Positions 11,624 to 21,020 of a DNA stretch of 64,000 bases are shown here, piece by piece. This DNA is from Candidatus Thorarchaeota archaeon. Its GTDB lineage: Archaea; Asgardarchaeota; Thorarchaeia; Thorarchaeales; Thorarchaeaceae. How positions within the stretch are numbered: the stretch's first letter is position 1; each line of letters starts with the position of its first letter. The translations under genes were made by a program, and so were the position numbers. Below the pieces are notes generated by a model that was not told the DNA's origin, did no database searches, and saw only the letters and a program-made list of their open reading frames with translations. Location: the NCBI GenBank assembly GCA_963726195.1, contig CAVSBO010000003.1, positions 832,001-896,000 of the forward strand, written 5' to 3'.

Positions 11624-12472
11624 CTATTCCTTTGTCAGCTCGTTAAGCTTCTGGGTCCATCCCCGTATCTCCTTGCTCAGACGAGCAATGTCATTCTCGT
11701 TCAAGGTGGTAGTCGGGGGATACGATTTCAGATCTCGAGAGATTTTCCCAAACTGAAAAAGAACGGGTGTATGCCCAGGAATCATGGCAGTCAGCTTGTC
11801 ACGCGCCTCCTCAAGTGCCTTGGCCATCTTGTCAGCTCTGGTCTGAGGTTTGACCAGCTTGAGAAGACCGTCCATCACAGCGTCAACAGTTCCCGGCAAA
11901 ACTGGCTCGCTTTTGTCCGCTTGGCCTGCGGCAGCTGTTGCCTCCTTCTCGCCCTTTGAAGAAGCCTTAGACTTTTCGGGTTTCGGTGCCGCCTCGCCCA
12001 GCTTTCCAGCCATTTCCACGGCTTTGCTGACTTCATCCAGAGTTCTGTTGTACTTGCGCTCGATGTCATCGAGCTGTCTGACTATGATGCCTACAATCTC
12101 CTGGGTCTCAGAAAAGGCATGGCTGAGCTCATCAAACTTCTCTTCAAGCGTCGAAAGGCTTGCTACGTAATGCTGGAGATCGTCGATTTTCTTCCCGAGA
12201 ATACTATCCTGCTCCTCGCGACCACTTTGCAGAGCCGCATCGAGATCCTTCACGGAGATGAGGACATCGTCCATTTTCTTGAACAGCACAGTGGTCTCTT
12301 TTGAGTCCAGTGCATCTTGCACTGTCGCGCTAATACCCTGAACTTGAGCCATGAGACCATCCATTTTCGAAGCGAGCGCGGTTTGCTGGTGCACTTCCCC
12401 CTTTAGTGCGCTTACCTCCTCACTGAGGCGTTCGAGCTTCTTCTCGATATCTCCAAGCGATCCTTCAGACAT
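11624..12472 (-). CDS. Coiled-coil hypothetical protein
   Basis: Heptad-like N-terminal half (LERLSEEVSALKGEV...) and a helical C-terminal domain. Start chosen at MSEGS. Confidence 0.7.
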   Translation of the reverse strand: MSEGSLGDIEKKLERLSEEVSALKGEVHQQTALASKMDGLMAQVQGISATVQDALDSKETTVLFKKMDDVLISVKDLDAALQSGREEQDSILGKKIDDLQHYVASLSTLEEKFDELSHAFSETQEIVGIIVRQLDDIERKYNRTLDEVSKAVEMAGKLGEAAPKPEKSKASSKGEKEATAAAGQADKSEPVLPGTVDAVMDGLLKLVKPQTRADKMAKALEEARDKLTAMIPGHTPVLFQFGKISRDLKSYPPTTTLNENDIARLSKEIRGWTQKLNELTKE

Positions 12473-12620
12473 TCCAAGCACTGCCCTACTGGTATTAGTC
12501 CAGAGGGGAATAACTGTTGTATTTAGCCTTTCGTCGATTGTAGATATGGGGCGCAGCACTTGAGCATCGTGACCAAATCAACAAACGAAGTGCTTGTGTT
12601 GGCAGCTCAGGCCAAGGCCT

Positions 12621-13445
12621 CTACGAAGTCTTTGCCCTTATGATCTCCACACCAAGATTCTGAAGTGCAGGAAGGATACGTTCTCTGTGCTCAGCATTCG
12701 TGCCTTTCCAATCAACCAATGCCGCGACAGTCTTCTCTCTCGCACGATTCACCATCTGGCGAATGACATCTGCAGTTATCCCATCCAGAGCATACTTCGG
12801 AGCAATATGGCCGATTCTGTATCGACCCTCGATTACAATGCCATTGAACTTGGTCGCGTAGTGCGTCCCACCGAAGGCAATGACCGCGTCACGTGCGATA
12901 GGCTCATGAATGCAGTCAACTGCCGCGGCTGCTACTGCTTTGGCCGCTTCTCTATTTCGCCATTGGCTCTCGTCACTGCCAAGCTCAACAAAGAGCAGGG
13001 GTATCTTCATCGATGTTGGTCCGTGATGAGTGACTTCCATGCTGACCTCGAATTCGCTCAGTTGCCGTTCTTTCTGCTCTTGGCTGAGCCTCCTAAGAGC
13101 TGTTCCAACCAATGATGCTATGGAGACCGAAAGCTCGCGCGGCTTCCCACCAAATTGCGCTTCATCTCCGAAATTGCCGGTGCTGTGAACAAGCAATGCC
13201 GGACGCCCAGACTGCGCCCTGTGACGAGAACAGAAGATGAAAGCATCCGCGTCGAAGCTCGCTTCAAGATGATCGCATTCCACGAGGTCTCGACTGGACG
13301 TTATCAGCAGAGCGGACTTATCACGGGCCATAACAGGATTGCCCTCAAAAGACTCACCCGTGTCTGAGAAGCCATGGTCCCTGACCAGGACCTCTCGAAT
13401 TGTCTGGCTCGCAATGTCCTTCTCAGATGTGACGAGAACCCTCAA
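12621..13445 (-). CDS. dtdA: Archaeal D-aminoacyl-tRNA deacylase
   Basis: FCSRH, VHSTGN, EVTHHGPT, FVELGS, FGGTHY, GHIAPKY motifs. Confidence 0.92.
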   Translation of the reverse strand: MRVLVTSEKDIASQTIREVLVRDHGFSDTGESFEGNPVMARDKSALLITSSRDLVECDHLEASFDADAFIFCSRHRAQSGRPALLVHSTGNFGDEAQFGGKPRELSVSIASLVGTALRRLSQEQKERQLSEFEVSMEVTHHGPTSMKIPLLFVELGSDESQWRNREAAKAVAAAAVDCIHEPIARDAVIAFGGTHYATKFNGIVIEGRYRIGHIAPKYALDGITADVIRQMVNRAREKTVAALVDWKGTNAEHRERILPALQNLGVEIIRAKTS

Positions 13446-13458
13446 CAGCTAGGTCTCC

Positions 13459-14694
13459 CTAATCTATCCTGCACTTATCCAGTAGAGGCTCAAGTGTTGT
13501 CCCGACATCTATCACGACTGGTTCGCTGAATGCAGAGAGAAGATCACTCTCTATCCGGGTCTTGGATTCCTTGATTTTGCCGAGCTGTTTGGTGATTTCG
13601 TCCCTGATTCTCAAGAGGTCGTTCTTGTGATACTCAAGATTCTTGCTCGCTTCTTCCAGGCGAGAAGCGAGTTCCGTGTTTCTTTCGTATACTTCCGACC
13701 CTGTGAACGCATGGCGTTTCTCATCAATTGCTTTGGCCTGATTCTGAAGGTCATGCAGCGACCCGTTCCTTATGTCCTCTATTTCCTCTATCGCCCGTCG
13801 CTCCAATCTGTCCTTGAGAGCGAGCTTGCCATCCTCCAATGCCTGTCGGAGGCCGTCAAGCCCTTCAACGAGACCCGGATATCCATCCGACTCAGCCGTG
13901 ATAGCGGCCAAGGGATTCTCGAAATAGTCGGCGAGAGCCTTCTGTCCGGCGGGACCAACCCGGACACCGGTCTCAGTCTGAAGGTATGTCTTGACCTGCT
14001 TCTTCAGAGGATTAAGCTTCATTCTCAAGATGCTGGAAACTCGTTCGGACTCCTCATCTAGAGAAAGGAGCTCCGCGACATTCGAGGACTGTCGAAACTG
14101 ATCGTACACCTGCTTCGCAGATGAGTACTCCTTCTTGGCGGAGTCAATCTTGAGCCTGTTTTGGCGAAGCCGTTCTTCGAAGTTTTCCCTCGCAAGTGTC
14201 AGTTCGCGGAGTGACTGGATTCGACCCTCTATGCGTTCAATGTCTTTCAGCCAGCTGAAATCATACAGAAGCTTGCCTAGCTTCTTCATTTCAAGTGACA
14301 ACTCCTTGATGTACATGTCAAGAGATTTGATCGCGGCCTTGTGCTTCTTGTCCATCCGTCCTATCCATCGAGCACCTGCACCCCACACCTCTCTGATGAA
14401 TCGCTCTGTCTCCGTCTGCAAAGCCTCAGTGCTCTCGTAAGTTATCGTCTTCTTCACATCGAAGTTGTCTACTATCTCAGTAATCTTCATCGCGAACCTT
14501 GCTGCAATGCCCTCTGATTCCTCATCTTCTTCGGCGCTAGTTTCTTTGAGGTTCTCTGCTATTGCCTGAACTTCCTTAAGTCCACTCTCAACAGTCTTGT
14601 AGCTTCTTTCGGCCTGTTTGACAAAGTCCTTTGACTTGTCGGCTAGACGCTTCTTGTACCATTTCTCAAGGTGTTCAATAGTGAGAGTGGTCAT
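13459..14694 (-). CDS. Coiled-coil hypothetical protein
   Basis: 411-aa ORF, K/E/L-rich and helical, codirectional with dtdA. Confidence 0.75.
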   Translation of the reverse strand: MTTLTIEHLEKWYKKRLADKSKDFVKQAERSYKTVESGLKEVQAIAENLKETSAEEDEESEGIAARFAMKITEIVDNFDVKKTITYESTEALQTETERFIREVWGAGARWIGRMDKKHKAAIKSLDMYIKELSLEMKKLGKLLYDFSWLKDIERIEGRIQSLRELTLARENFEERLRQNRLKIDSAKKEYSSAKQVYDQFRQSSNVAELLSLDEESERVSSILRMKLNPLKKQVKTYLQTETGVRVGPAGQKALADYFENPLAAITAESDGYPGLVEGLDGLRQALEDGKLALKDRLERRAIEEIEDIRNGSLHDLQNQAKAIDEKRHAFTGSEVYERNTELASRLEEASKNLEYHKNDLLRIRDEITKQLGKIKESKTRIESDLLSAFSEPVVIDVGTTLEPLLDKCRID

Positions 14695-14810
14695 GGCCGT
14701 TGCACAATCGGAGCCGGGTTCGTGTGTGGTTTATCAACCTTTTCAAAGTCCAATGCTTGATTATGTGCACAGTCGACTGCCTCTCATGTACAACGAACAT
14801 TCCGTAATGG

Positions 14811-14876
14811 AGGAATTGGTAACCCCTTGACCTTTCGCCCGTGGTCGCACGAATGAAATCAAGGGGTTCAATTCCT
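14811..14876. repeat. 66-bp long imperfect inverted repeat flanked by ATGG direct repeats
   Basis: AGGAATTG/CAATTCCT, AACCCCTTGA/TCAAGGGGTT, TTTC/GAAA and CGTG/CACG stems; ATGG at 14807-14810 and 14877-14880. Confidence 0.85.
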
Positions 14877-14905
14877 ATGGTTGACTGTTTATGTCTCCTT
14901 CTGCC

Positions 14906-15092
14906 GTTCATTGTGAGTTGGACAAAGTTGGACACAGGAGTCTTCGTCCGCCCAGAAACGGCACTGGGCTCAAACTCCTTGAGGTCAGGTTCGTGTCGCT
15001 TCAACCTCAATGACTGAATTCCTCATTGAGGCTTATGTACTCCCACAGTTTCATGTCCATGTTTGTCCAGATTCTCGGCAGCTGCCGCTGAA
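14906..15092 (-). mobile_element. 187-bp non-autonomous IS607-family mini-element (MITE-like) related to the 22972-31116 element
   Basis: Minus strand: GG|TTCAGCGGCAGCTGCCGAGAATCTGGACAAACATGGACA...AGCCCAGTGCCGTTTCTGGGCGGAC...TGTCCAACTTTGTCCAACTCACAATGAAC|GG. Both ends match the large element, with GG at 15093-15094 and 14904-14905. Confidence 0.88.
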
Positions 15093-15508
15093 CCTAAATA
15101 GTCGGCGAGCATGATTCCTGTCGCCGTCAGGCTTGCCTGAAGCCCTCTGGTTGCCATGTCGCCTCCGACTAGCAGTCCCATGTCGATCAAAGCGCGAAGG
15201 TTCCATTTGACGGTACTATATGGAAGGCTGCTTCTGCGTGATACCTTATCGGCAAGGCCTGTGACTGTCAGTTTGTGAAACCTAAGCAACCAGGCAGTCA
15301 TCCTCAGTACCGTCTTTTGAGTCTCGCTCATCCGAACATCTGCCAGTGTCAGAAATGCTGAGGCAAGGCTCTCAAAAGAAGGCTTCTCAGTCGGTTTGGC
15401 TTCTAACTCAGGTGACTCACGGCCACCAGAGAACGAATCCACCTCGTCGGCGGATTTGGCACCCACCACTTGTCTGAGCGACCCGACATCGATGGGCATT
15501 AGGTACAC
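15023..15508 (-). CDS. Winged-helix DNA-binding protein; last ~22 aa come from the inserted mini-element
   Basis: TVTGLADKVSRRSSLPYSTVKWNLRALIDMGLL HTH pattern; reading frame enters the mini-element at 15092. Confidence 0.7.
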   Translation of the reverse strand: MYLMPIDVGSLRQVVGAKSADEVDSFSGGRESPELEAKPTEKPSFESLASAFLTLADVRMSETQKTVLRMTAWLLRFHKLTVTGLADKVSRRSSLPYSTVKWNLRALIDMGLLVGGDMATRGLQASLTATGIMLADYLGSAAAAENLDKHGHETVGVHKPQ

Positions 15509-15590
15509 TACTACCCATTGCGTTTTTCACCTCACTTCAAATCGGGTGGCGTACCGTTTTCCTCATTACACTTAAGCTTTGCTCGCGAAC

Positions 15591-16086
15591 CTACTCCATG
15601 TCACTCGGAAGCTCGAAACCCGCAGAACTGAGCTTCCCAAATCCTTGGCTGTAGAGGCTCATGTGATGTCTGATATCCCGCTCTGCCTCTGAAAGGGATT
15701 CAAGTAGGGGTTCTATTTCATCGAGACCGCCCTCTTTGTATTCGTCTATCATGTCACTCATGACATCACTCTGGCCAAGCATGGAATCCTGAATTACGGC
15801 ACCTCAGCTCAATCATCGATTGAACTACCTCAATCGCATCACTATCAGGTAGATAGGGCAGAAAGTCTTCGAAAGCAACGTTGGCTTGACGGCATCTCTC
15901 GACCCGTGTGGGGATTGTTTCGTCAACCATAGAATACATCCAGCCCACTCGCTCGTTGTCTGTCAATTCCCTCAGATTCTCCATCGAGAAGTATCCGGTC
16001 CAAGGAGCGAATTCTGTGGCCTCGTATTCTATCCACTCCTCAAAGGAATTGATAACGCGCTGCCAAGCGTCCTGCGTCTCAGACAT
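15591..16086 (-). CDS. Acidic hypothetical protein, frameshift near 15790
   Basis: ORFs 15766-16116 (MSETQDAWQ...) and 15591-15782 join with one indel. Confidence 0.6.
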
Positions 16087-16182
16087 CAGCCATCGCCTTA
16101 TTGTGCAGGAGTTCACGTTATAAAAGACTGTGTCTATGTCATGATGGAATGACCGACAGACTCCAGCAGATACTTCACCTCC

Positions 16183-16821
16183 TTGAAGAAACCAAGGAGA
16201 ATGACATCATCTCTCCTTTTGACGATCAGACTAGAGGCGTTCTTGAACAGACTCGAAGTACACGAAACAATGGACGAGCCACTGCGTGTCTCCAGAGAGC
16301 AGAGAATCTCTCTCGCCCTCCTTGCGGTCTCCTTAGGGGCCGAGATTGAGTCAGTAATTGAAAGAATGACTTGGAAGGACTTCGAAGCGTTTGTGGCGAG
16401 GGTCCTGACTGAGAATGACTATGCCTGCGTGGAGAGCTTCAGGAGGAGGGGAAACCGGTCAGTGAAGGGCATGGAAGTTGACGTAATCGGTGTCAAAGGG
16501 AAGACAGTCATTGCAATAGACGCAAAAATGTGGAACGCGCGGCTTGGGAAATCGTCTGCACTGATGCTAGCAGCAGACAGGCAGAAAGAGAGAACAGCCA
16601 GACTGCCAGATCAAATCGAGAAATTGTCGGATAAGATTCCCAACATGCGAGATGGTTTGTACAAAGTGATACCAGTGCTTGTGACATGGCTTGTTGAAAG
16701 TGTCTTGTTTCAAAATGGCGTCCCAATCGTGCCCGTTTTTCAGCTCAACTCCTTCTTACTTGACTTGCCAGTTTATGAGGACACGATTGTTAGTTACGAA
16801 GCCAGACTTCAACGCATGTGA
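16183..16821 (+). CDS. PD-(D/E)XK restriction-endonuclease-like protein (Mrr/NERD-like)
   Basis: WKDFEAFVARVL...EVDVIGVK...IAIDAK. Confidence 0.75.
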   Translation: MKKPRRMTSSLLLTIRLEAFLNRLEVHETMDEPLRVSREQRISLALLAVSLGAEIESVIERMTWKDFEAFVARVLTENDYACVESFRRRGNRSVKGMEVDVIGVKGKTVIAIDAKMWNARLGKSSALMLAADRQKERTARLPDQIEKLSDKIPNMRDGLYKVIPVLVTWLVESVLFQNGVPIVPVFQLNSFLLDLPVYEDTIVSYEARLQRM

Positions 16822-16826
16822 AAGGC

Positions 16827-17831
16827 TCATAGAGGAGCAAGTAGACCTGTTACTGTATCCATGAATGCCAGCTGAATGAAGGTAGAGGGAAGAAGCCGCT
16901 TCCTCTGCAGCTCGCGGATCTCAGTATATGTGCCAAGGTTTTCCCTCGTCGCTTTTGCAATCGCGATTGCGCGATCATACGGTGTTGCATCATGAGACCA
17001 GTCTGCACGTTTGGCATCGTCCCAAATGCGTTGCAAAATCGACTGAAGTAATCCGTCTGCCAGTTCGGAAGGATTCAGGGAGGCCTTGGCAGCACCGCAG
17101 ACCGCGGCTTCATTGGTTGTATGTCCATGTGCGATGACAACTATTCTCTTGTCCGAAGGATCGTTCTCAAGCCAGCCTGCTAGAAAGTCATCCAAGTCCC
17201 GTGTTTCACGAGACGCATCGTCACAAGCGGGAATGAATCCGCCAAGTGTCCTTATCACCATTGGGACACCGCTGGATGTGCAAGGAGGCAGAAGTCTTGA
17301 GTCTGAGCATAACACAACCAGCACTTTCTCGTCGATCACAGGAGGTGTCACATTTCTCCGAGCCAGCACGCTCGCCAGCAACCTGTCCGTGAACTTGACT
17401 TCACCGACATGTCGGTAGGATCCCGTTGAGTCCTGTTGTAGGCCCAAGATGTGAGCTTTCTTCAGGTGTTCATTTTGGGTGAGGGCAGACATCGACTCTT
17501 GAATGACATCATCGGGCTCGTCGGATTCGAAGGTGATCGCAGCGATAAGTGTCCCACTGAAGTGACCAAAATACGCGGCGGGCCCTCCAAAGAGGAAAGA
17601 AGACTCCTCAGAACCAAGCAACGATGCTTTTGGGAGACGTGTCGCCCAGAACGCATCACCCTGTCCCAGCCCGAGCAGGCTGCAGTCCTGACCGGACTTA
17701 TGCACGGGTGAAATCATGAGGATGTGCGGATTCTGACCTTTTGCAGCTGCCTCCATCCTCGTCTTGAGCTTGAATGAACGCTCTCTTTCGTCTGCCAGCT
17801 GTCTGGACTTGTCGACCATTGAGTCTAGCAC
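16827..17831 (-). CDS. Beta-carbonic-anhydrase-like protein
   Basis: C-terminal half has LCSDSR and IAHGH...VCGA zinc-ligand motifs. Confidence 0.6.
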   Translation of the reverse strand: MLDSMVDKSRQLADERERSFKLKTRMEAAAKGQNPHILMISPVHKSGQDCSLLGLGQGDAFWATRLPKASLLGSEESSFLFGGPAAYFGHFSGTLIAAITFESDEPDDVIQESMSALTQNEHLKKAHILGLQQDSTGSYRHVGEVKFTDRLLASVLARRNVTPPVIDEKVLVVLCSDSRLLPPCTSSGVPMVIRTLGGFIPACDDASRETRDLDDFLAGWLENDPSDKRIVVIAHGHTTNEAAVCGAAKASLNPSELADGLLQSILQRIWDDAKRADWSHDATPYDRAIAIAKATRENLGTYTEIRELQRKRLLPSTFIQLAFMDTVTGLLAPL

Positions 17832-18022
17832 TTGGATTTCCTCTGCACGATTTCAGCAACGTGGCGAACGCAGTATTGGTGTCTGAGAGGGGCCTGCGTT
17901 CTGCAGATGCTCATAACGCTTCTTGTATCAGTACCGTGTTGGCTGTCAATCAACACCTTCAATAAAGAACTAGCTAAAGGCGGGAACGGCCGAGTCCTAC
18001 CAAGAACAGGAGTTGTCACCAC

Positions 18023-18907
18023 ATGCTTCTTGGAATCTCCTATGATGAAAACATAAACAACTGGGCAACGGCTGGCCTCATTGAGGCGATGAAGAACAGG
18101 GGATACGAGGTCAAGGCCTTTCGTCTCTCAGATGTTTCCGCGAACATACCTGACAAGTTTGTTCTCTTGGAAGATGACGACATATCCGGGATGAACGGTG
18201 TGATTGTCAGAACGCTGGGCTTCGGAACAGGAGATCAAATGACATATCGCATAAGCCTGCTGGAGCATTTCGAGAACGCCGGTATTTACGTCATGAACCC
18301 TGCCTATTCGTTTCGCAGGGCAAAGGACAAGTATGCGACTCTGACCGCGCTCCACAAGGCAGGTATCAATGTGCCTCGGACTTATGTTGGCGAGAACCTC
18401 GATGCTGCAATTAAGTTCGTAGATGAGGTCGGTGATGTCGTGGTGAAGCCCATGATTGGATCGCGCGGTCTCGGAGCCATCAGGGCTGAGAACCGTGAAC
18501 TCACATACAGGGCACTCAAATTCATACACCAACTTGGTCAGGTGCTGTATGTTCAGGAGACGATCAAGAAACCAGACCGTGACATCAGAGCCTTTGTGGT
18601 CGGAGGCAGGGTCGTCGGTTCCATGTACCGCTACCTACCAGACAAACAGGGAGAATGGCGCACCAACGTGCACGGAGGTGGTCGTGCAGTGGTGGCACAA
18701 CTGGACAATGAATACATAGAGTGCGCTGTTAAGACTGCAGAAGTGCTTCGCTTGGATTACAGTGGGGTCGATATCCTAGAGTCCGAGAATGGTCCTTGCG
18801 TTATTGAGGCGAATGCAGCACCGTCATGGAGCGCCCTATCGGAGGTTACTGGTCTCGACATCGCAGGTTTGATTGTCGATAGACTGGTAGAGCTCACACG
18901 AAAGTGA
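18023..18907 (+). CDS. RimK-family ATP-grasp glutamate ligase (MptN/CofF-like)
   Basis: AKDKYAT, VVKPMIGSRG, DIRAFVVG, WRTNVHGG, GVDILE, IEANAAP. Confidence 0.88.
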   Translation: MLLGISYDENINNWATAGLIEAMKNRGYEVKAFRLSDVSANIPDKFVLLEDDDISGMNGVIVRTLGFGTGDQMTYRISLLEHFENAGIYVMNPAYSFRRAKDKYATLTALHKAGINVPRTYVGENLDAAIKFVDEVGDVVVKPMIGSRGLGAIRAENRELTYRALKFIHQLGQVLYVQETIKKPDRDIRAFVVGGRVVGSMYRYLPDKQGEWRTNVHGGGRAVVAQLDNEYIECAVKTAEVLRLDYSGVDILESENGPCVIEANAAPSWSALSEVTGLDIAGLIVDRLVELTRK

Positions 18908-18963
18908 GAGCCTTTATCACCTTGTTGCTGGGGACAGACGGATTTGTTTCAGGATTGTCTCAA

Positions 18964-19698
18964 TCAGAGCGTCTTGAATATCGCCTCAACCTCATCCTGA
19001 CCCAGAATCTTGAACATCTTCGAGGTTGTGTCTATCCGTCCGATTTCAACGATCTTGGCCTTCTCGGCTGCATCGACAGCAGTCTTCTCTCCAGATGCTT
19101 TCACGATGCCTTGGAGTGCTAGCTTCACAGCACCTTCTAGGTCTATGCTAGGTTTGTACTGCTCCTTGAAGAAGTCTCGGACCATGTCAGAGTCCTTTCC
19201 TATTGCTGCGGCTTTCCAGCCCCAGTATGAACCCGAGGGGTCAGTCGTGTAAAGCTGGGGACCGAAGTCATCGACTCCGCCCAAAAGCAGAGATACTCCA
19301 AACGGCCTGGCACCAGCGCCCTGAGTGTAGGACTGCTTGATATCACAGATTTCCACGACAAGAGACTGAACCGAAACGGGCTCGTCGTAGCTAAGTCTGT
19401 TGATCTGTGCCCTTACCCGAGCATAGTCAATCAGCCTTCTAGCGTCTGCATGCAGACCAGCTATTGCCGTTCCTATATGATCATCAATGAGAAGGATCTT
19501 CTTGAGTGTATCAAGATCTACGAGGGCATGGGGAGACCGCTTCTCTCCCGCAATAATCACACCGTCGGTGGCCTTCACACCAACAGCAAGAGGGCCGTGG
19601 CGGACAGCCTCAGTCGCATATTCGACTTGATAGAGCCGACCCTCAGGACTGAACATTGTAATATTCCGGTCATAACCGAGACTCTGTGTGGGAAACAT
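18964..19698 (-). CDS. psmA: Proteasome alpha subunit
   Basis: GYDRNITMFSPEGRLYQVEYA signature, RPFGVSLL, TDPSG. Confidence 0.97.
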   Translation of the reverse strand: MFPTQSLGYDRNITMFSPEGRLYQVEYATEAVRHGPLAVGVKATDGVIIAGEKRSPHALVDLDTLKKILLIDDHIGTAIAGLHADARRLIDYARVRAQINRLSYDEPVSVQSLVVEICDIKQSYTQGAGARPFGVSLLLGGVDDFGPQLYTTDPSGSYWGWKAAAIGKDSDMVRDFFKEQYKPSIDLEGAVKLALQGIVKASGEKTAVDAAEKAKIVEIGRIDTTSKMFKILGQDEVEAIFKTL

Positions 19699-19810
19699 TC
19701 TGTCCGAACACTCCAGCCCTATCTGGCCTCTGAGCCAGTTTGGCAGGTAAGCCCAACGAGAGGGCGTTTAAAAGCTTAGCGAATGAGCTGTGCTTCGCAT
19801 GTGTCAGTGG

Positions 19811-20533
19811 TCACACGGTCTGTTGCCTACGTTCAAGCTCGAACAGCTCAAGATGCATCTTGATACCCGGTGGTACACCCTTTACGAGTGGTTCAAGCTC
19901 TTCCCGTGTCGGTATCCTGAGTTTGGGCACTTCCGTTTTTCTCGTGCCAGCTGATGCTACATATCTTTGTACAACATATCGTCCCCTGAATCCAATCTCA
20001 TCGAGAAGCCCAAGGATTGCTTGTACATCTTGAGTCGACATGAGATTGCCTGCATAAGTGGTCCGCGGCCAAAAGGCGGCGTCTGAGCCCATCACCAATT
20101 CTATGCTTTCGCGAACTTTGGGCCAAGGGTCATACGATGTTCTGACGACCTCACGATACCTTTTGGGATCCGCTTTGATATCAAACCAGACAGAGTCCAG
20201 ATATGGAAGACAATGCTTGAGGACATCTGGTCTAGACCCTTGAGTGTTCAGGTTAAGGTGATAGTCCTTCTTTCGTCTTAGTTCCTTCAGAAGCTGGGGC
20301 AGGTCTCGATGAATCGTTGGCTCTCCGCCTGTTATGCAGCAACCGTTCGAAAGACTGCCTTCAGTTTTAGCGACTATGGCTTTGATAGGCATATCAGTCC
20401 CCGATGACTCCGGAATGAGCTGTGCGTTCTGACAGTAGGGACAGTCGAAGTTGCATCCGCCAGTAAAAACGACAGTCACAGGAATGCCCGGTACATCAAC
20501 CAGGCTCACATCTATAACAGAAGCAATCCTCAT
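19811..20533 (-). CDS. Radical SAM anaerobic ribonucleotide reductase activating-type protein
   Basis: GCNFDCPYCQN, ITGGEPT, FDIK. Confidence 0.85.
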   Translation of the reverse strand: MRIASVIDVSLVDVPGIPVTVVFTGGCNFDCPYCQNAQLIPESSGTDMPIKAIVAKTEGSLSNGCCITGGEPTIHRDLPQLLKELRRKKDYHLNLNTQGSRPDVLKHCLPYLDSVWFDIKADPKRYREVVRTSYDPWPKVRESIELVMGSDAAFWPRTTYAGNLMSTQDVQAILGLLDEIGFRGRYVVQRYVASAGTRKTEVPKLRIPTREELEPLVKGVPPGIKMHLELFELERRQQTV

Positions 20534-20675
20534 TCTATTCCTTCAGTTCCCACTAGGTCATGCGGCAGTTAAATCTGCAACGCAAGAGCAATGCCCTGAA
20601 GTGAACACAGTGTGAGAACGCTTTACCTAGAACACTTATTTTGTAGAAGCCACTTGGTCTCTTGGGACCCCGGCA

Positions 20676-20948
20676 ATGGCAAGTGTATCTAACAAGCGAG
20701 AGCATATTCTCCAGAGTACACTGTTTCACATACAAGTCAATCAGTGTCAATACATCGACAATTTCCCTGAAGCGGTCACGTCAGTCCTCGACGACATGAT
20801 CCATAAGAAGAAGATACGGGACTTCGACGTGGTGAAGAAGAGACTGTACAGAATCAACACGAGCTTCTTCGAAATCAACAAGCAGAAAGTCAGCAAGAAG
20901 GATTTCTTCGAGGGTCTGTTCAGGCGAGTCTCTGGCAGAAGGAACTAA
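20676..20948 (+). CDS. Small hypothetical protein
   Basis: 90-aa ORF with ATG start in an otherwise empty intergenic gap. Confidence 0.5.
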   Translation: MASVSNKREHILQSTLFHIQVNQCQYIDNFPEAVTSVLDDMIHKKKIRDFDVVKKRLYRINTSFFEINKQKVSKKDFFEGLFRRVSGRRN

Positions 20949-21020
20949 AGAGAAAGAATCTCAGAATCTGCCTTGCCGGAAGGTCAGAGGACCCTGCTCC
21001 AGCAGTCTCGCGGTACAGTT

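Noticed and set aside
14897-14903. Mini-element flank CAGAAGG also present at the large element's left flank (22964-22970)
   Set aside because: Only 7 nt, expected by chance, and too short to imply cross-targeting.
14675-15010. 111-aa ORF sharing PSAVSGRT with the TnpB C-terminus
   Set aside because: The match simply reflects the conserved 25-nt right-end block. The rest crosses the element boundary and a long hairpin, with no protein-like features.
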